Made by a program: the position numbers and the translations under genes. From IMG/VR virus record IMGVR_UViG_3300014613_000001, positions 32,001 to 96,000 of that record: 64,000 nt of DNA; one strand, given 5' to 3'. This DNA is from a virus. Below are positions 9,782 to 19,545 of the stretch, piece by piece. Every line of letters starts with the position of its first letter. Position 1 is the stretch's first letter. The notes below the pieces were generated by a model. That model had not been told where the DNA came from. It worked only from the letters and a program-made list of their open reading frames with translations, and searched no databases.

Positions 9782-10062
9782 TGATCCCAGTAGCAGCGTT
9801 CTTTCTCATGGCGAGGCAAGTTGTCCGAGGGGCGCAGATGGAAAAGATCCGTAATGCGACACTGGCCCGGGCTGCGGCGACAGCTGTACCTGATGAACAG
9901 GGTGCTCGGATCTCAGGTCTTCAGAGGATGCGTGCCAACAGCCGTGCTCAGATGAATGTGGAGCTCGCGAGTCGAGGATTGGCGATGCCGGGTATGGACG
10001 GATCACCAAGTGCGGCGCACATTCAGGCTGCCGCCGCGAAGTCGAATTCTGTCGGCATGTGA
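9781..10062 (+). CDS. Hypothetical Ala-rich protein
   Basis: Coupled to the upstream stop (TAATG); 93 aa. Confidence 0.55.
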   Translation: MIPVAAFFLMARQVVRGAQMEKIRNATLARAAATAVPDEQGARISGLQRMRANSRAQMNVELASRGLAMPGMDGSPSAAHIQAAAAKSNSVGM

Positions 10063-10077
10063 TCTCACCAGGAGTGG

Positions 10078-11040
10078 ATGATGGCTCTCGAGACAGTTCG
10101 TGTGTACGCCGTTGATGAGGTCGGTGATGCTTTGTCTGGTGTTCTGGTTCGAGCCTACGACGATCTCGGTGCGCTCGTAACCCAAAACACGACGGCCCTC
10201 GTGGGCGTTGAGGCCTATTGCGAGCTCGCGCTCGACGGTAACAACCCACCGGAGGAGTACACAATTCGGTTGAGCAAGACCGGTGTGGCGTTTGATGGGA
10301 CGTTGGGAGACGACAGCAAGACCCCGCAGTCCATCAGCGTCTACAGTCCTGAGGCTCTCGCGCCTGTGACAGGGACGAACAATTTCCAGGTACAGGGGCA
10401 GACGTTCACGCTTTCGGCCGCCACAGATCCGCGGCTGTGTCGTTGTTCGGGCTTCTTCGTGGATGCGTCGGGTAGACCCCTGGAGAACCTCGACATCCAC
10501 TTCATCCCGGTTTGTTACAACGAAGATCAGTCTGATTTTTTTCCGTTGATCGTGGATGGCTATGCCGTGATGGGGGACAAGATCCTGACACGGACGGACG
10601 AAGATGGCTATCTCGAAGTCGATCTCTTCAGAACTGCTGAGGTTTCGGCGCTCGTACAGGGTCTCGAGCATTCGAGGAGGATCATCAAAGTCCCGGACTC
10701 GGCCTCTGTGAGCTTGATCAATCTTCTCTTCCCGGTTGTGACGGAGGTGACGTTCGGTACGAACCCGGTGACGATCGCGGTCGACGCCTACGTGGATATC
10801 GTTCTTACGATTCTGTCTTCGGACGGGCAGACGCTCGATGCTACCGATCTTGACGTCACATTCACCAGCAGTGATACGGGTGTTGCGACTGTTCAGCTCC
10901 AGACTGACACTGGGTTGCTGCGTGTCATGGGCGTAGCATCCGGTGCCACGACGATCACAGCTGCACGAGCCGATGACACCATCGTCACACTCCCGGAAGA
11001 ACCGGTTACATACACACCATTGGTGGTAACGGTGACTTGA
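10078..11040 (+). CDS. Virion protein with C-terminal Ig-like (Big_2) domain
   Basis: C-terminal VTFTSSDTGVATV..G..GATTITA matches the Big_2 pattern; AGGAG RBS. Confidence 0.7.
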   Translation: MMALETVRVYAVDEVGDALSGVLVRAYDDLGALVTQNTTALVGVEAYCELALDGNNPPEEYTIRLSKTGVAFDGTLGDDSKTPQSISVYSPEALAPVTGTNNFQVQGQTFTLSAATDPRLCRCSGFFVDASGRPLENLDIHFIPVCYNEDQSDFFPLIVDGYAVMGDKILTRTDEDGYLEVDLFRTAEVSALVQGLEHSRRIIKVPDSASVSLINLLFPVVTEVTFGTNPVTIAVDAYVDIVLTILSSDGQTLDATDLDVTFTSSDTGVATVQLQTDTGLLRVMGVASGATTITAARADDTIVTLPEEPVTYTPLVVTVT

Positions 11041-11378
11041 TGGTGGTGCTGCAGCAGCCGGATGAGAACTACTGGGAGACGAGGAAAGAACTCGAGGCAT
11101 CTCAGGCGATCTGGCGCAGCATCTTTGAACGGGCTGTGCGGGACATCGTCACGTATCGTGATCAGCGGACACCTTACCGGAAAAAGGTGCACGAGACGGC
11201 ACTCAACTGGGCCCTGTGTTGGGACGATTCTGATCGGGATCAGCTCTTCACCTTTCCGTGGATCTGCGACACCTTGGGCTGGGACCCCGACAAGGCAGCT
11301 CGTCTCATCTGGGAAGCGCGGAGGACGAATTTTGAGTCTCTGGCAGACGCTCTGAAGGAGCACGACAATGGCGTATGA
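11037..11378 (+). CDS. Hypothetical phage protein
   Basis: 113 aa, overlap-coupled on both sides; Trp-rich, FPWICDTLGWDP. Confidence 0.6.
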   Translation: MMVVLQQPDENYWETRKELEASQAIWRSIFERAVRDIVTYRDQRTPYRKKVHETALNWALCWDDSDRDQLFTFPWICDTLGWDPDKAARLIWEARRTNFESLADALKEHDNGV

Positions 11379-14300
11379 GGATGATGAGCGATCCGCGGCC
11401 GTGCAAGAGCTCGTTCAAGGGACTCTCACATTTCCGATGACTGGACTCGGGACTCGGGATCTCGGCGAATCCTACGCCGAGGTCATTGAGCTCGTTCATT
11501 CAGCCTTGATCTATGATCCGGACACCGTTTTCTACCTGCTCTACCTTGCTTCTCGGCGTCTTCGAGCTGCTGTTGCTGCGGAAATCGCGTTGTGCACGAG
11601 CTTGATGGCGGCCGTTGACGACCTCTCGATGCCAAACAGGCCTGTTGAGGATGTGAGCGCGCTGGTGAGCGCTCGGCAGAGCGTCTTGGCGCTTGGTGGG
11701 GCCTTGAGTAGGCGCGGGCGTGTGGGCGGCCCTGAGTACGAACGATACCGGGGAGCTCTTTCTCGTGTGCGGAAGCAGTTGCAGCGAGTGGTCCGCGCTG
11801 ATTACGTGCCTCGAGGGGCGACGAGCAGCGTTCGAGATGTCGTTCGTCCGTGGGCAGAGGCCCGTCTCGCTTCTTCCAACGGTTTTGCAGCTCTTGTCGA
11901 GCAGCACTCCACCGTTCTTCAGCAGATCGATTGGTTTCTCGTGGCCTTCCAGGAGTTTCAGGACGCCGGCGTTGCATCTTCGGCTACAAGTCGTCAGCTT
12001 GTGCGGGCCTCTGCTCAGCTCAACGACGTGTACGAGACGCTCGAGCCCCTGAGTCCTTTCGAAAGGACGGCTGTGGCACGCGATGCGTTGCTTCGTGTCT
12101 TGAGCAACGAGACCGTGGTCAAGATGCTCGCTACTGGAATGCGCCCGGGGGACTACAGGATCAGCCAGAGTCCGAGCGCAGCTCCCATGTATCGGATGTC
12201 GGCGTATGGGACTGGAACGCCGGCTTCTGTGATCGGATCAACGTGCGCTCCCTACCCGCTTTACGACAGCGGGGCGGTTGCTCCGACCAACATCCTGTCG
12301 TTCTCCTCTTTGAACGGGTCTGTCGTCGTGGTTGATCTTACTCCAGCCGGTCTTTCGACTGTGCCAGGCATCCAGGCTGCGGAGCTGATCGGATGTGCGG
12401 AGGGACCTTTCCACATTGGTATTGATCTTGATACGCCGCCGCCGATGTTGTCCGCGAAAGGACCCTACGACACCCGCCCGCCGTTACTCGGCGGTAACGG
12501 CGGCATGTTTCATGTCATGGTCGACGGGGAAGTCTACGAGTTTCCGCTTCCATCGAATATCGCTCTGACAGCAGCCGCAACCGCAGCCGCACTCGATGCG
12601 GCAGGAGCTCCGTGGTTCAAGTTCTCGGACGGGACCGCCACGAAGCCTCCGCTGACCTTCACGGCTCCGGGTGGTACGAACGTGTTGGTGGAGTACACTA
12701 ACGCGACGCCTCCGCAGCGCTATCGAGATCGGTGTATTGAGATCACTCCGGGATTTCAATACTGCATGGGGCTCTTTCCATGGACCGGTGGCACGGTTCC
12801 GCCAAGATCTTCGGGCTGGGACGACAACACCAAACTCTGGATCAAGCCCAACGATATGCCGACCTACGTCGAGGTTCCGCTCACTGTTGGAGATGCGCGG
12901 ACAGCAGCGAACATCGTGGCGGACATCGATGCGGCGGCGGCTATCGCTGTCGAGGACTTTGAGGGCGACACGGACGGTAACCGGGTCGTGGTCCGTTCGA
13001 CCATCGAAGGAGAGGGTTCCATCGTCACGATCTTGTCCGGGGGCCTTTATGTTGCGGGCGTGAAGATCGGTTTGTGCACTCCGTCGCATCTCGGGGCGCT
13101 CACTCTTGGTCTCATACCAAGCATGGAGGACCGCGAAGTCGACGTGGACATCCGGGCCCTCATGAATGTCCTGAACATGGATGCTGCGTTCAACGTCGAG
13201 GCGATAGCGACGAACGAAAGGAATGAGTACCTCGAGTCACGAAGGGCGACCAGGACCGGTGCGTCGTCTCTTGCCATAGACATCGCCACAGATCCGACGG
13301 CGTTGTGGCCGGCGTATACGGAGATCAAGCTGGAGATCCGCAACGGAGACAACCGCGGCGTCTACGGTCTGACGGCTGCTCCAGTCCATGCAGTGGGGGT
13401 TCTGACGTTCGCGCTCGATCGTCGATTGCGGGATACGACGGCAGGTCTCCAGCACATCATCATGGTCTACAGGGAGCGCCTCCGGGTCACGTCGCTTGAT
13501 ACGTCGTTGGCGAGTGAGATTCAGTGCGATGATCCGGCCAATACTGCACGTCTGATCTTCGGATTCGATCTCCTGGTTCATGTCGGAGACGCGGGATACG
13601 TGCTCGTGGAGCGTGACGACCCGGTGTACGGGTGGATCGCGCAGAATCTGCAGGCACGTTTCATTCGTGTCGGGGACACGATCTACAATGGTACCGGCAC
13701 GTATCAGACTACGGTGTCGGGGATCGGGGAGCTCAGTGACGGCGTGATTGAGGTGAGCCCGAATGTCGTTCCCTCCTTCTCTCTTACGGTAGCTGGGTTT
13801 TCGGTCAGGTCGTTACCGCAGGATCAGTACGAGACCATCTTGGCCGGTGTCGAGACGTGGTTGGATGTCACGCTCAGTCCGTACGAAGAGGGTCTGCCGA
13901 GCATAGACCGAGCTCTGGCTCCTTTGCTGTTGAGCACACCATCTCGATCGCGCGTGGACTCGGCGTACAATCTCGTGTCGGGTCTGAGCACTCGGCTTAC
14001 CGCTCTTCAGACAACTTTGGATGCGGTGTCGATGGCCGCGGTCAAAGCCGCTACCGTAGCGTTGTCGACACTGCTCGAGCAGGGTTTTGATCGTGCTCGG
14101 AGGCTCTTGCTTGACGGCAGGTACAGTGAGTTCTTCGCGCTTACAGCCAGTGACGCGTCGTTCAGTCGGCGCTTTCAGACAGCTGTGAACGAGGTCATCG
14201 TATCGGACGCCAATGTTTCGAGTTACGCGACAAGCCGTGGGAGCTCGGACGCCACCCGTCTCGTGAGCTCCTGGTCATCTGAGATAGATCCTCAATACGA

Positions 14301-14382
14301 CTTCTCTGACATGGAAGCTGAACTTCCGGCCAGCCCCGTGGTAGATTATTACCCAGGGTCCCGGGGCGGAGAAGAGATATGA
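11368..14382 (+). CDS. Large tail/baseplate structural protein
   Basis: 1004 aa, helical termini with a beta-rich centre; AAGGAG RBS; directly upstream of baseplate genes. Confidence 0.55.
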   Translation: MAYEDDERSAAVQELVQGTLTFPMTGLGTRDLGESYAEVIELVHSALIYDPDTVFYLLYLASRRLRAAVAAEIALCTSLMAAVDDLSMPNRPVEDVSALVSARQSVLALGGALSRRGRVGGPEYERYRGALSRVRKQLQRVVRADYVPRGATSSVRDVVRPWAEARLASSNGFAALVEQHSTVLQQIDWFLVAFQEFQDAGVASSATSRQLVRASAQLNDVYETLEPLSPFERTAVARDALLRVLSNETVVKMLATGMRPGDYRISQSPSAAPMYRMSAYGTGTPASVIGSTCAPYPLYDSGAVAPTNILSFSSLNGSVVVVDLTPAGLSTVPGIQAAELIGCAEGPFHIGIDLDTPPPMLSAKGPYDTRPPLLGGNGGMFHVMVDGEVYEFPLPSNIALTAAATAAALDAAGAPWFKFSDGTATKPPLTFTAPGGTNVLVEYTNATPPQRYRDRCIEITPGFQYCMGLFPWTGGTVPPRSSGWDDNTKLWIKPNDMPTYVEVPLTVGDARTAANIVADIDAAAAIAVEDFEGDTDGNRVVVRSTIEGEGSIVTILSGGLYVAGVKIGLCTPSHLGALTLGLIPSMEDREVDVDIRALMNVLNMDAAFNVEAIATNERNEYLESRRATRTGASSLAIDIATDPTALWPAYTEIKLEIRNGDNRGVYGLTAAPVHAVGVLTFALDRRLRDTTAGLQHIIMVYRERLRVTSLDTSLASEIQCDDPANTARLIFGFDLLVHVGDAGYVLVERDDPVYGWIAQNLQARFIRVGDTIYNGTGTYQTTVSGIGELSDGVIEVSPNVVPSFSLTVAGFSVRSLPQDQYETILAGVETWLDVTLSPYEEGLPSIDRALAPLLLSTPSRSRVDSAYNLVSGLSTRLTALQTTLDAVSMAAVKAATVALSTLLEQGFDRARRLLLDGRYSEFFALTASDASFSRRFQTAVNEVIVSDANVSSYATSRGSSDATRLVSSWSSEIDPQYDFSDMEAELPASPVVDYYPGSRGGEEI

Positions 14383-14708
14383 CGGAGGCGGAGAACAGCA
14401 CCGCGCAGAGCACTGATGAGATCCGCAGGGTTCTTGCTGAGGGCTTTGCGTTCGTTCGGGGCAACGAGGCCACCGAGTCCGTGTCCGCGGCCTCCTTCGA
14501 GGAGTGTCTGGCCCAGGCCATTCAGGAGATAGAGGGTGATGAGAGCTCGATACGTCCCGGGAGATTGACAGCCGTCAGGAGCATGAAGCAGCGCGTCATC
14601 GACACCATAGATCGCGCGCTCGAGATGTCTCCGGACCTATTTGTCATGGTTGACTCCTCGGCCAACACCCGTGCCGATGGCAGTGGTCAAGCCGGAGATG
14701 AGTCGTGA
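14379..14708 (+). CDS. Hypothetical protein
   Basis: 109 aa, overlap-coupled. Confidence 0.6.
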   Translation: MTEAENSTAQSTDEIRRVLAEGFAFVRGNEATESVSAASFEECLAQAIQEIEGDESSIRPGRLTAVRSMKQRVIDTIDRALEMSPDLFVMVDSSANTRADGSGQAGDES

Positions 14709-15358
14709 CGGACCTACAAGTCATCGAGATCAGAGATCTGTTGAAGGTGACGAGCTACGCCTACGTGGCGAATTCGAATCCTCCGTCGATGCTCATCCGT
14801 GGCGTGGACTTCTCCAGCGCTCAAGAGGTTTTCATCAACGAGGCGAAGTCACCGGACGTCGTCGTCACCTCTATGAATGTTCTCCTGGCTCAAATACCTG
14901 AGACGCAGATCAATTCCCCCATTCGTTCTCTGATCATTAGCAGCAGCAGGCTGACACGAACTGATCGGAGTCACATCGTCTTCAGGATTGGAGACACGCC
15001 GAGCACAGTAGACGGCCTCACCCGACTGATCCAGATGTTCCTGAAGCTGATGTTGCAGAGTCCAGGTACCGATATCTTCTCGAAGCTGAGTGGGGGCGGG
15101 ATGCTCGGGGCACTCGGGAAGCTGATGACCAACCCCTCTTCGTCATCTTTGGTGGCGGACTTCAATCTTTCAGTGAGTAGGGCGCGGCAGCAGATTCTCG
15201 CGTTGCAAGCTCGCAACCCTAAGCTGAGTATGTCTGAACGCCTTCTATACGCGAGAGTGATCAGCGCGAAATACAACCCTTCGGAGCTCGCGCTTTACGG
15301 CCAGATCGCCATCGGCAATCAGGTCGGAAAAGGCTCTGTGGTTGGTCTGGGGCTGTAA
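14705..15358 (+). CDS. Baseplate wedge gp25-like protein with N-terminal IPT-like domain
   Basis: GLTRLIQMFLKLMLQSPGTDIFSKLSGGG resembles the gp25/W family; immediately precedes the baseplate J-like gene. Confidence 0.55.
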   Translation: MTDLQVIEIRDLLKVTSYAYVANSNPPSMLIRGVDFSSAQEVFINEAKSPDVVVTSMNVLLAQIPETQINSPIRSLIISSSRLTRTDRSHIVFRIGDTPSTVDGLTRLIQMFLKLMLQSPGTDIFSKLSGGGMLGALGKLMTNPSSSSLVADFNLSVSRARQQILALQARNPKLSMSERLLYARVISAKYNPSELALYGQIAIGNQVGKGSVVGLGL

Positions 15359-18300
15359 ATGAGCATCGTGAACTGGAGACTTTTCATTCAAGAGCGCCTA
15401 CGGGCCATGGACCCTTCCATCAATCTGGATGTAGGTTCATCTGCCTCGATTCAGGTCGTGGAGCCCATTGTCGCGCGGCTTACCCCAGATCCGATCGACG
15501 CCAACATCGAGCTGTTCATCCTCACTCGTCTTCGGCAGGAGTTCCCTGAGATGTTCGCCGAAGAGGGCGGGGCGATGTCAGACATGCTCGTCAAGCCGGC
15601 TCGGGTTCTGCTTGAGCCCTTTCGACGTGAGATCAGATCAGTACGGATGCAGCTCTCGCTGAGTGATCCGAATCAGTTGGCGAATGATGAAGCCGACAAG
15701 CTCATGTCGAACTTCTTCTTCGAAAGGAACGCTGGAGGATACGCCAAGGTTCGGGTCAGGATTTTTTACCAGAACGCGGTGAGTCAGACGGTGGGGAGTT
15801 CGAACATCGCCTTCACCGGAACTGGACTTCGGTTTTTCCCGACGCACGCACAGGCGATCACATCTGAGGGGATGCTGTTCAACGTCGATACTTCGGGGCT
15901 CTACTACTTTGACGTTTCATATCAGGCTGAGCGACCTGGGGCGGCGTATAACGTCGCCAAGAATGCCATCATCGGCGTCACAGGGATCTCGGCCGCGACG
16001 AGGGTCACGAACCTGGCCAAGGCCGTCCCAGGAAACAGCACGGAGAGCACGTCGGACTTTATCGCACGCTGCGAGACGTCCATGGGTGAGAAGTCGAACA
16101 ACACGCTCAACGGATTGATCGCGGTCCTAAGGGAGAACTTCTCCAGTCTTCGGGTTCTGCAGGCCATAGGTTTCAACGACGCTGAGATGCACCGTGATGT
16201 GATCGTGGGTGGGAGTTATGGTCCGATTCTCTTCTCGGACACGAAGGGGAATACAGTAGCGGATGGAGCAGCTCCTGTCGGGTACACGCCATATCTCGAC
16301 TTCGGGGGTACGATCAGCTTTACGACGGCGTTCGGGCCAGTCGGAACAGACATCTCGGGCTATGCGATAACGGTCTGGTATGACGATGGGACGGGGATGG
16401 CGCCGCACACGTGGCAGCTTGGCGAAGTCATCAGCGCCATACGGATCACGGTCCATTCGAGTTACACTCGGCTGGAACTTCCTTCGGACGCGATCGTCCA
16501 GGAGCTTTGGTCCATTCGAAAGCGGGATGTCATCACCCTGTCGGACATGCCCGGGGGTCTCCTCTTCCCAGACAACTTGACGTACGAGACTGTCGACGTT
16601 CCCTCTAACGAGATTCATGTAGGGGGTTGTGTAGACGTCTATGTCCGTGGCGGAGAGATCACGGACGCCGTTCTTCCGCTCACCCTGATTTCCGACGACG
16701 ATGTCATAGCGCGACGTGAAGATGCGCAGACGACCGCAGCTGACGATGAGGTTATCCTGAACGACCTCACGGCAGCCGAGTGGGCTCTGGTCGTGGAGGG
16801 TTCGACGACTCTCTATCTCGAGGAGGGCGGTGATGCCGGGCCGTACAGGGTTATCGAGAAGGTTGCTGGAGGCCCACCGTATGCTGTCCGTCTCGCATCC
16901 GCCATGACCGCCCCGGGGGTTGTGACGGACATCTCCTATCTCCTGGTGGACGACATCGACATCGATCTCGTGTCACCTCGGGAGATGCGCTACTCGGGCA
17001 GCGATCTTCAGACAGTGGCCGGACTCGCTACGATACAGACCGTCAGCGGCCTACCCAGCTTCACAGGAGTAGGAGTCGTCGACACCGACCTCGTTCGCAT
17101 CCTGAGCGGGGATGACGAAGGAGAGTACGGCATCTCTGCCGGAGGGGTTGCTGCCGGATCTATCATCCTCGCATCTGGTATGACGACGACTGCTTCTCCT
17201 CTTGCGTACGAGATCTACCGAAAGGAGGATGGCATCAAGCGCCCCCTTCTTCGGGTGAAGACGGTGGAGCTCCTGGACAGCAATCTCGATCCGACCGGCG
17301 CCTTTGTGCCGTACCGCCATCCTATCGACGTACGCAGCAACAGTTTTCAGAACCCCGGGAACGCACCGAAAGCCGGGACCGAAGTGTCGGTCACATCGGA
17401 TTCCTACCTGTCCAGCATAGCTGGCTCAGCTACGTTGACCGCCGTGGATTCCGCGGGTGGTGCCGTGGTTGAAATCGGAGGTCAGCTCTCGTGGTATGCG
17501 CTGGGTGTGCGCACCGGGGATATCATCAATCTGGATAGCTCGGACAATCAGGGGTACTACACGATCGTCGAGGTCGGCGGGAACCCTCTAGCGCTCATTG
17601 CTACTGATCTTCAGTTGATCGTAGACGCAACCATGGAGACTACAGAGACGGCCATCGCGTACACCCTCGGCCCGCCCTCCTATGGTTCTTTCAGGCTGTA
17701 CTTCTTGGATCCGCTGACCTTCGAGGCGACCTATGCTTCCACGCAGATCTCTGTTGAGGTCGGTCTGACTACGCGCGTCTTCCGCCCGGATTCTGGTGTG
17801 TGGTGTGAGTATCTGCCATCGGATACGCGTACCGCTGTGGCGTCAATGACGAGCGGAGGTGCAAGCGCATTCATCGTTCCTTATGATCTTGGGGGCGCGC
17901 CAAACCTCGATATGATGACCTATGGGATTGCGGTCGACGACCGTGTCGAGATCACGTATGCGCCTCTTGTAGGATCTATCGACATCGCCGTGGCCGGTCC
18001 TCTCAACCTGGATGGGCTGTCTGTGTTGATTGATGTTGGTAGCGGTAATGAGACGGTCACGTTCTCGGGGACGGCCTTGGATGCCGGGACCATTGTCTCA
18101 CAGCTGAACTCGGGCCTCAGTAAAGCGGTTGCCTTTGACTACAGCCCATCCGGTTTCCCTGCGGAGCACTATATTGGTTTGCGCGGGGACCATCAGATCA
18201 TTATCAGGAACAACGCGGTTGCTGGTGACGCTACGGCGACAATTTTCGGGCAGAAGGACACGCACAACCCGTGGCTTCCGGCCGCGGGGTTTGCTGGTGC

Positions 18301-19207
18301 TGATGTAGATAATGACTCTCCTGAGAAAGGGTTTTATCTCGTAAACTCGTGCGCGGCATTTCCAACGGGGGGCATCGAGCTGCTCATGATGAACGGAGGA
18401 CTGTGGGCTGCCGATAACCCCCCGACCTGGACAGGGAACGTTGTGGCCGAGCTCGGGCATTACTTCCACATCTCGAGGCCGGGGTTACAACGAATGAGCT
18501 CAACGGAGATGCTCGACCAGGGAGTTGACGAGCACGGGTTCTACTACTTCGATGTCGAGTGCATCTCTCAAGGTCACGGCAACGCTTGGAATATCGTTGG
18601 CGAAGTTCAGGGTGTGATCACTGGCTATGATTCTGAGGGGTGGGACATCACGACAGATGATGACGACACCTCTTACTCGACCGTTGAAGAGTGCACGCTA
18701 CACATCACTCCCCGGGTGCTCATAGCAGGTGTCGAAGACGACCCAGAAGAGAAGGAGGAGCTGACCGGCCGTAGCATTCAGATTGCATATGAGCATGATC
18801 CGATCACGGAGCAGATCCAGACTTTCTTGCTTGAGCCACAGTACAGGATCCTGGTCTCGAGTCCGCTTGTCCGGTCTCTGCTGCCAGTGTTCGTCCGGAC
18901 GCACATCGAGTACAGAGGTGGCGGCACCGAGTCTTCGGTGCGTAGTGAGCTGGCAGCCGAGATCGAGTCAATCCTCCCGAGCGCGATGCTCGAGGTCGAC
19001 ACCTTGGTGGGCCTGATCCGGGCTACCGGTTCAACGAAGATCACTCACCCAGTGACACTCGTCGGGATCTCACACCAGCGGGACAGGACGATCACAACAG
19101 AGAGGTCGGTCGATCAGATTTCGAATGCGCGCCTGTCGGCGCTTATCCCAGATGATGCGGACACACCCGAAGGCGCCAGCCATATTCAGCTCACCCGGAC
19201 TTCGTAG
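15359..19207 (+). CDS. Baseplate J-like wedge protein with large insertion
   Basis: VTNLAKAVPGNSTESTSDFIARC..N.NT..GL matches the baseplate J 'v.N..a..G...Esd..l..R' motif; 1282 aa. Confidence 0.7.
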   Translation: MSIVNWRLFIQERLRAMDPSINLDVGSSASIQVVEPIVARLTPDPIDANIELFILTRLRQEFPEMFAEEGGAMSDMLVKPARVLLEPFRREIRSVRMQLSLSDPNQLANDEADKLMSNFFFERNAGGYAKVRVRIFYQNAVSQTVGSSNIAFTGTGLRFFPTHAQAITSEGMLFNVDTSGLYYFDVSYQAERPGAAYNVAKNAIIGVTGISAATRVTNLAKAVPGNSTESTSDFIARCETSMGEKSNNTLNGLIAVLRENFSSLRVLQAIGFNDAEMHRDVIVGGSYGPILFSDTKGNTVADGAAPVGYTPYLDFGGTISFTTAFGPVGTDISGYAITVWYDDGTGMAPHTWQLGEVISAIRITVHSSYTRLELPSDAIVQELWSIRKRDVITLSDMPGGLLFPDNLTYETVDVPSNEIHVGGCVDVYVRGGEITDAVLPLTLISDDDVIARREDAQTTAADDEVILNDLTAAEWALVVEGSTTLYLEEGGDAGPYRVIEKVAGGPPYAVRLASAMTAPGVVTDISYLLVDDIDIDLVSPREMRYSGSDLQTVAGLATIQTVSGLPSFTGVGVVDTDLVRILSGDDEGEYGISAGGVAAGSIILASGMTTTASPLAYEIYRKEDGIKRPLLRVKTVELLDSNLDPTGAFVPYRHPIDVRSNSFQNPGNAPKAGTEVSVTSDSYLSSIAGSATLTAVDSAGGAVVEIGGQLSWYALGVRTGDIINLDSSDNQGYYTIVEVGGNPLALIATDLQLIVDATMETTETAIAYTLGPPSYGSFRLYFLDPLTFEATYASTQISVEVGLTTRVFRPDSGVWCEYLPSDTRTAVASMTSGGASAFIVPYDLGGAPNLDMMTYGIAVDDRVEITYAPLVGSIDIAVAGPLNLDGLSVLIDVGSGNETVTFSGTALDAGTIVSQLNSGLSKAVAFDYSPSGFPAEHYIGLRGDHQIIIRNNAVAGDATATIFGQKDTHNPWLPAAGFAGADVDNDSPEKGFYLVNSCAAFPTGGIELLMMNGGLWAADNPPTWTGNVVAELGHYFHISRPGLQRMSSTEMLDQGVDEHGFYYFDVECISQGHGNAWNIVGEVQGVITGYDSEGWDITTDDDDTSYSTVEECTLHITPRVLIAGVEDDPEEKEELTGRSIQIAYEHDPITEQIQTFLLEPQYRILVSSPLVRSLLPVFVRTHIEYRGGGTESSVRSELAAEIESILPSAMLEVDTLVGLIRATGSTKITHPVTLVGISHQRDRTITTERSVDQISNARLSALIPDDADTPEGASHIQLTRTS

Positions 19208-19511
19208 CATCAATATGGAACGGAATCTCAGGGACGAGGCGACCACGATTTCCCATTTCGATGATCATATCGTTGCAGAACGGATCATAGAGGCATTCGC
19301 ACTCGTTGCACCGGAGAAGGTATCGGGGAATCGGTCGATTGGTGGTGAGGATGCGCTGGATGTCGGCCTCTTTTCGAGGTATCCCCTCGCACCGTGGGCA
19401 GACAGAGGAGTCGTAGATCTCAGCGTCTGCCGCCACCAAGCCAGTCAGCACGTCCTTTTGACCCTCGATGAGCTTTGCGCGATCACTGGCCTTCATCTCC
19501 TTGAAGTACAT
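19191..19511 (-). CDS. Zinc-ribbon protein
   Basis: CPRC..RCNEC; fills the gap between two + strand genes. Confidence 0.6.
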   Translation of the reverse strand: MYFKEMKASDRAKLIEGQKDVLTGLVAADAEIYDSSVCPRCEGIPRKEADIQRILTTNRPIPRYLLRCNECECLYDPFCNDMIIEMGNRGRLVPEIPFHIDATKSG

Positions 19512-19518
19512 GAGGAGA

Positions 19519-19530
19519 GTATACTAGGAT
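19519..19530 (+). promoter_or_regulatory. Candidate late-promoter motif GTATACTAGGAT
   Basis: Identical 12-mer at 26182-26193; each copy lies shortly upstream of a structural gene start. Confidence 0.4.
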
Positions 19531-19545
19531 TCTGAGGAGGTTGCC

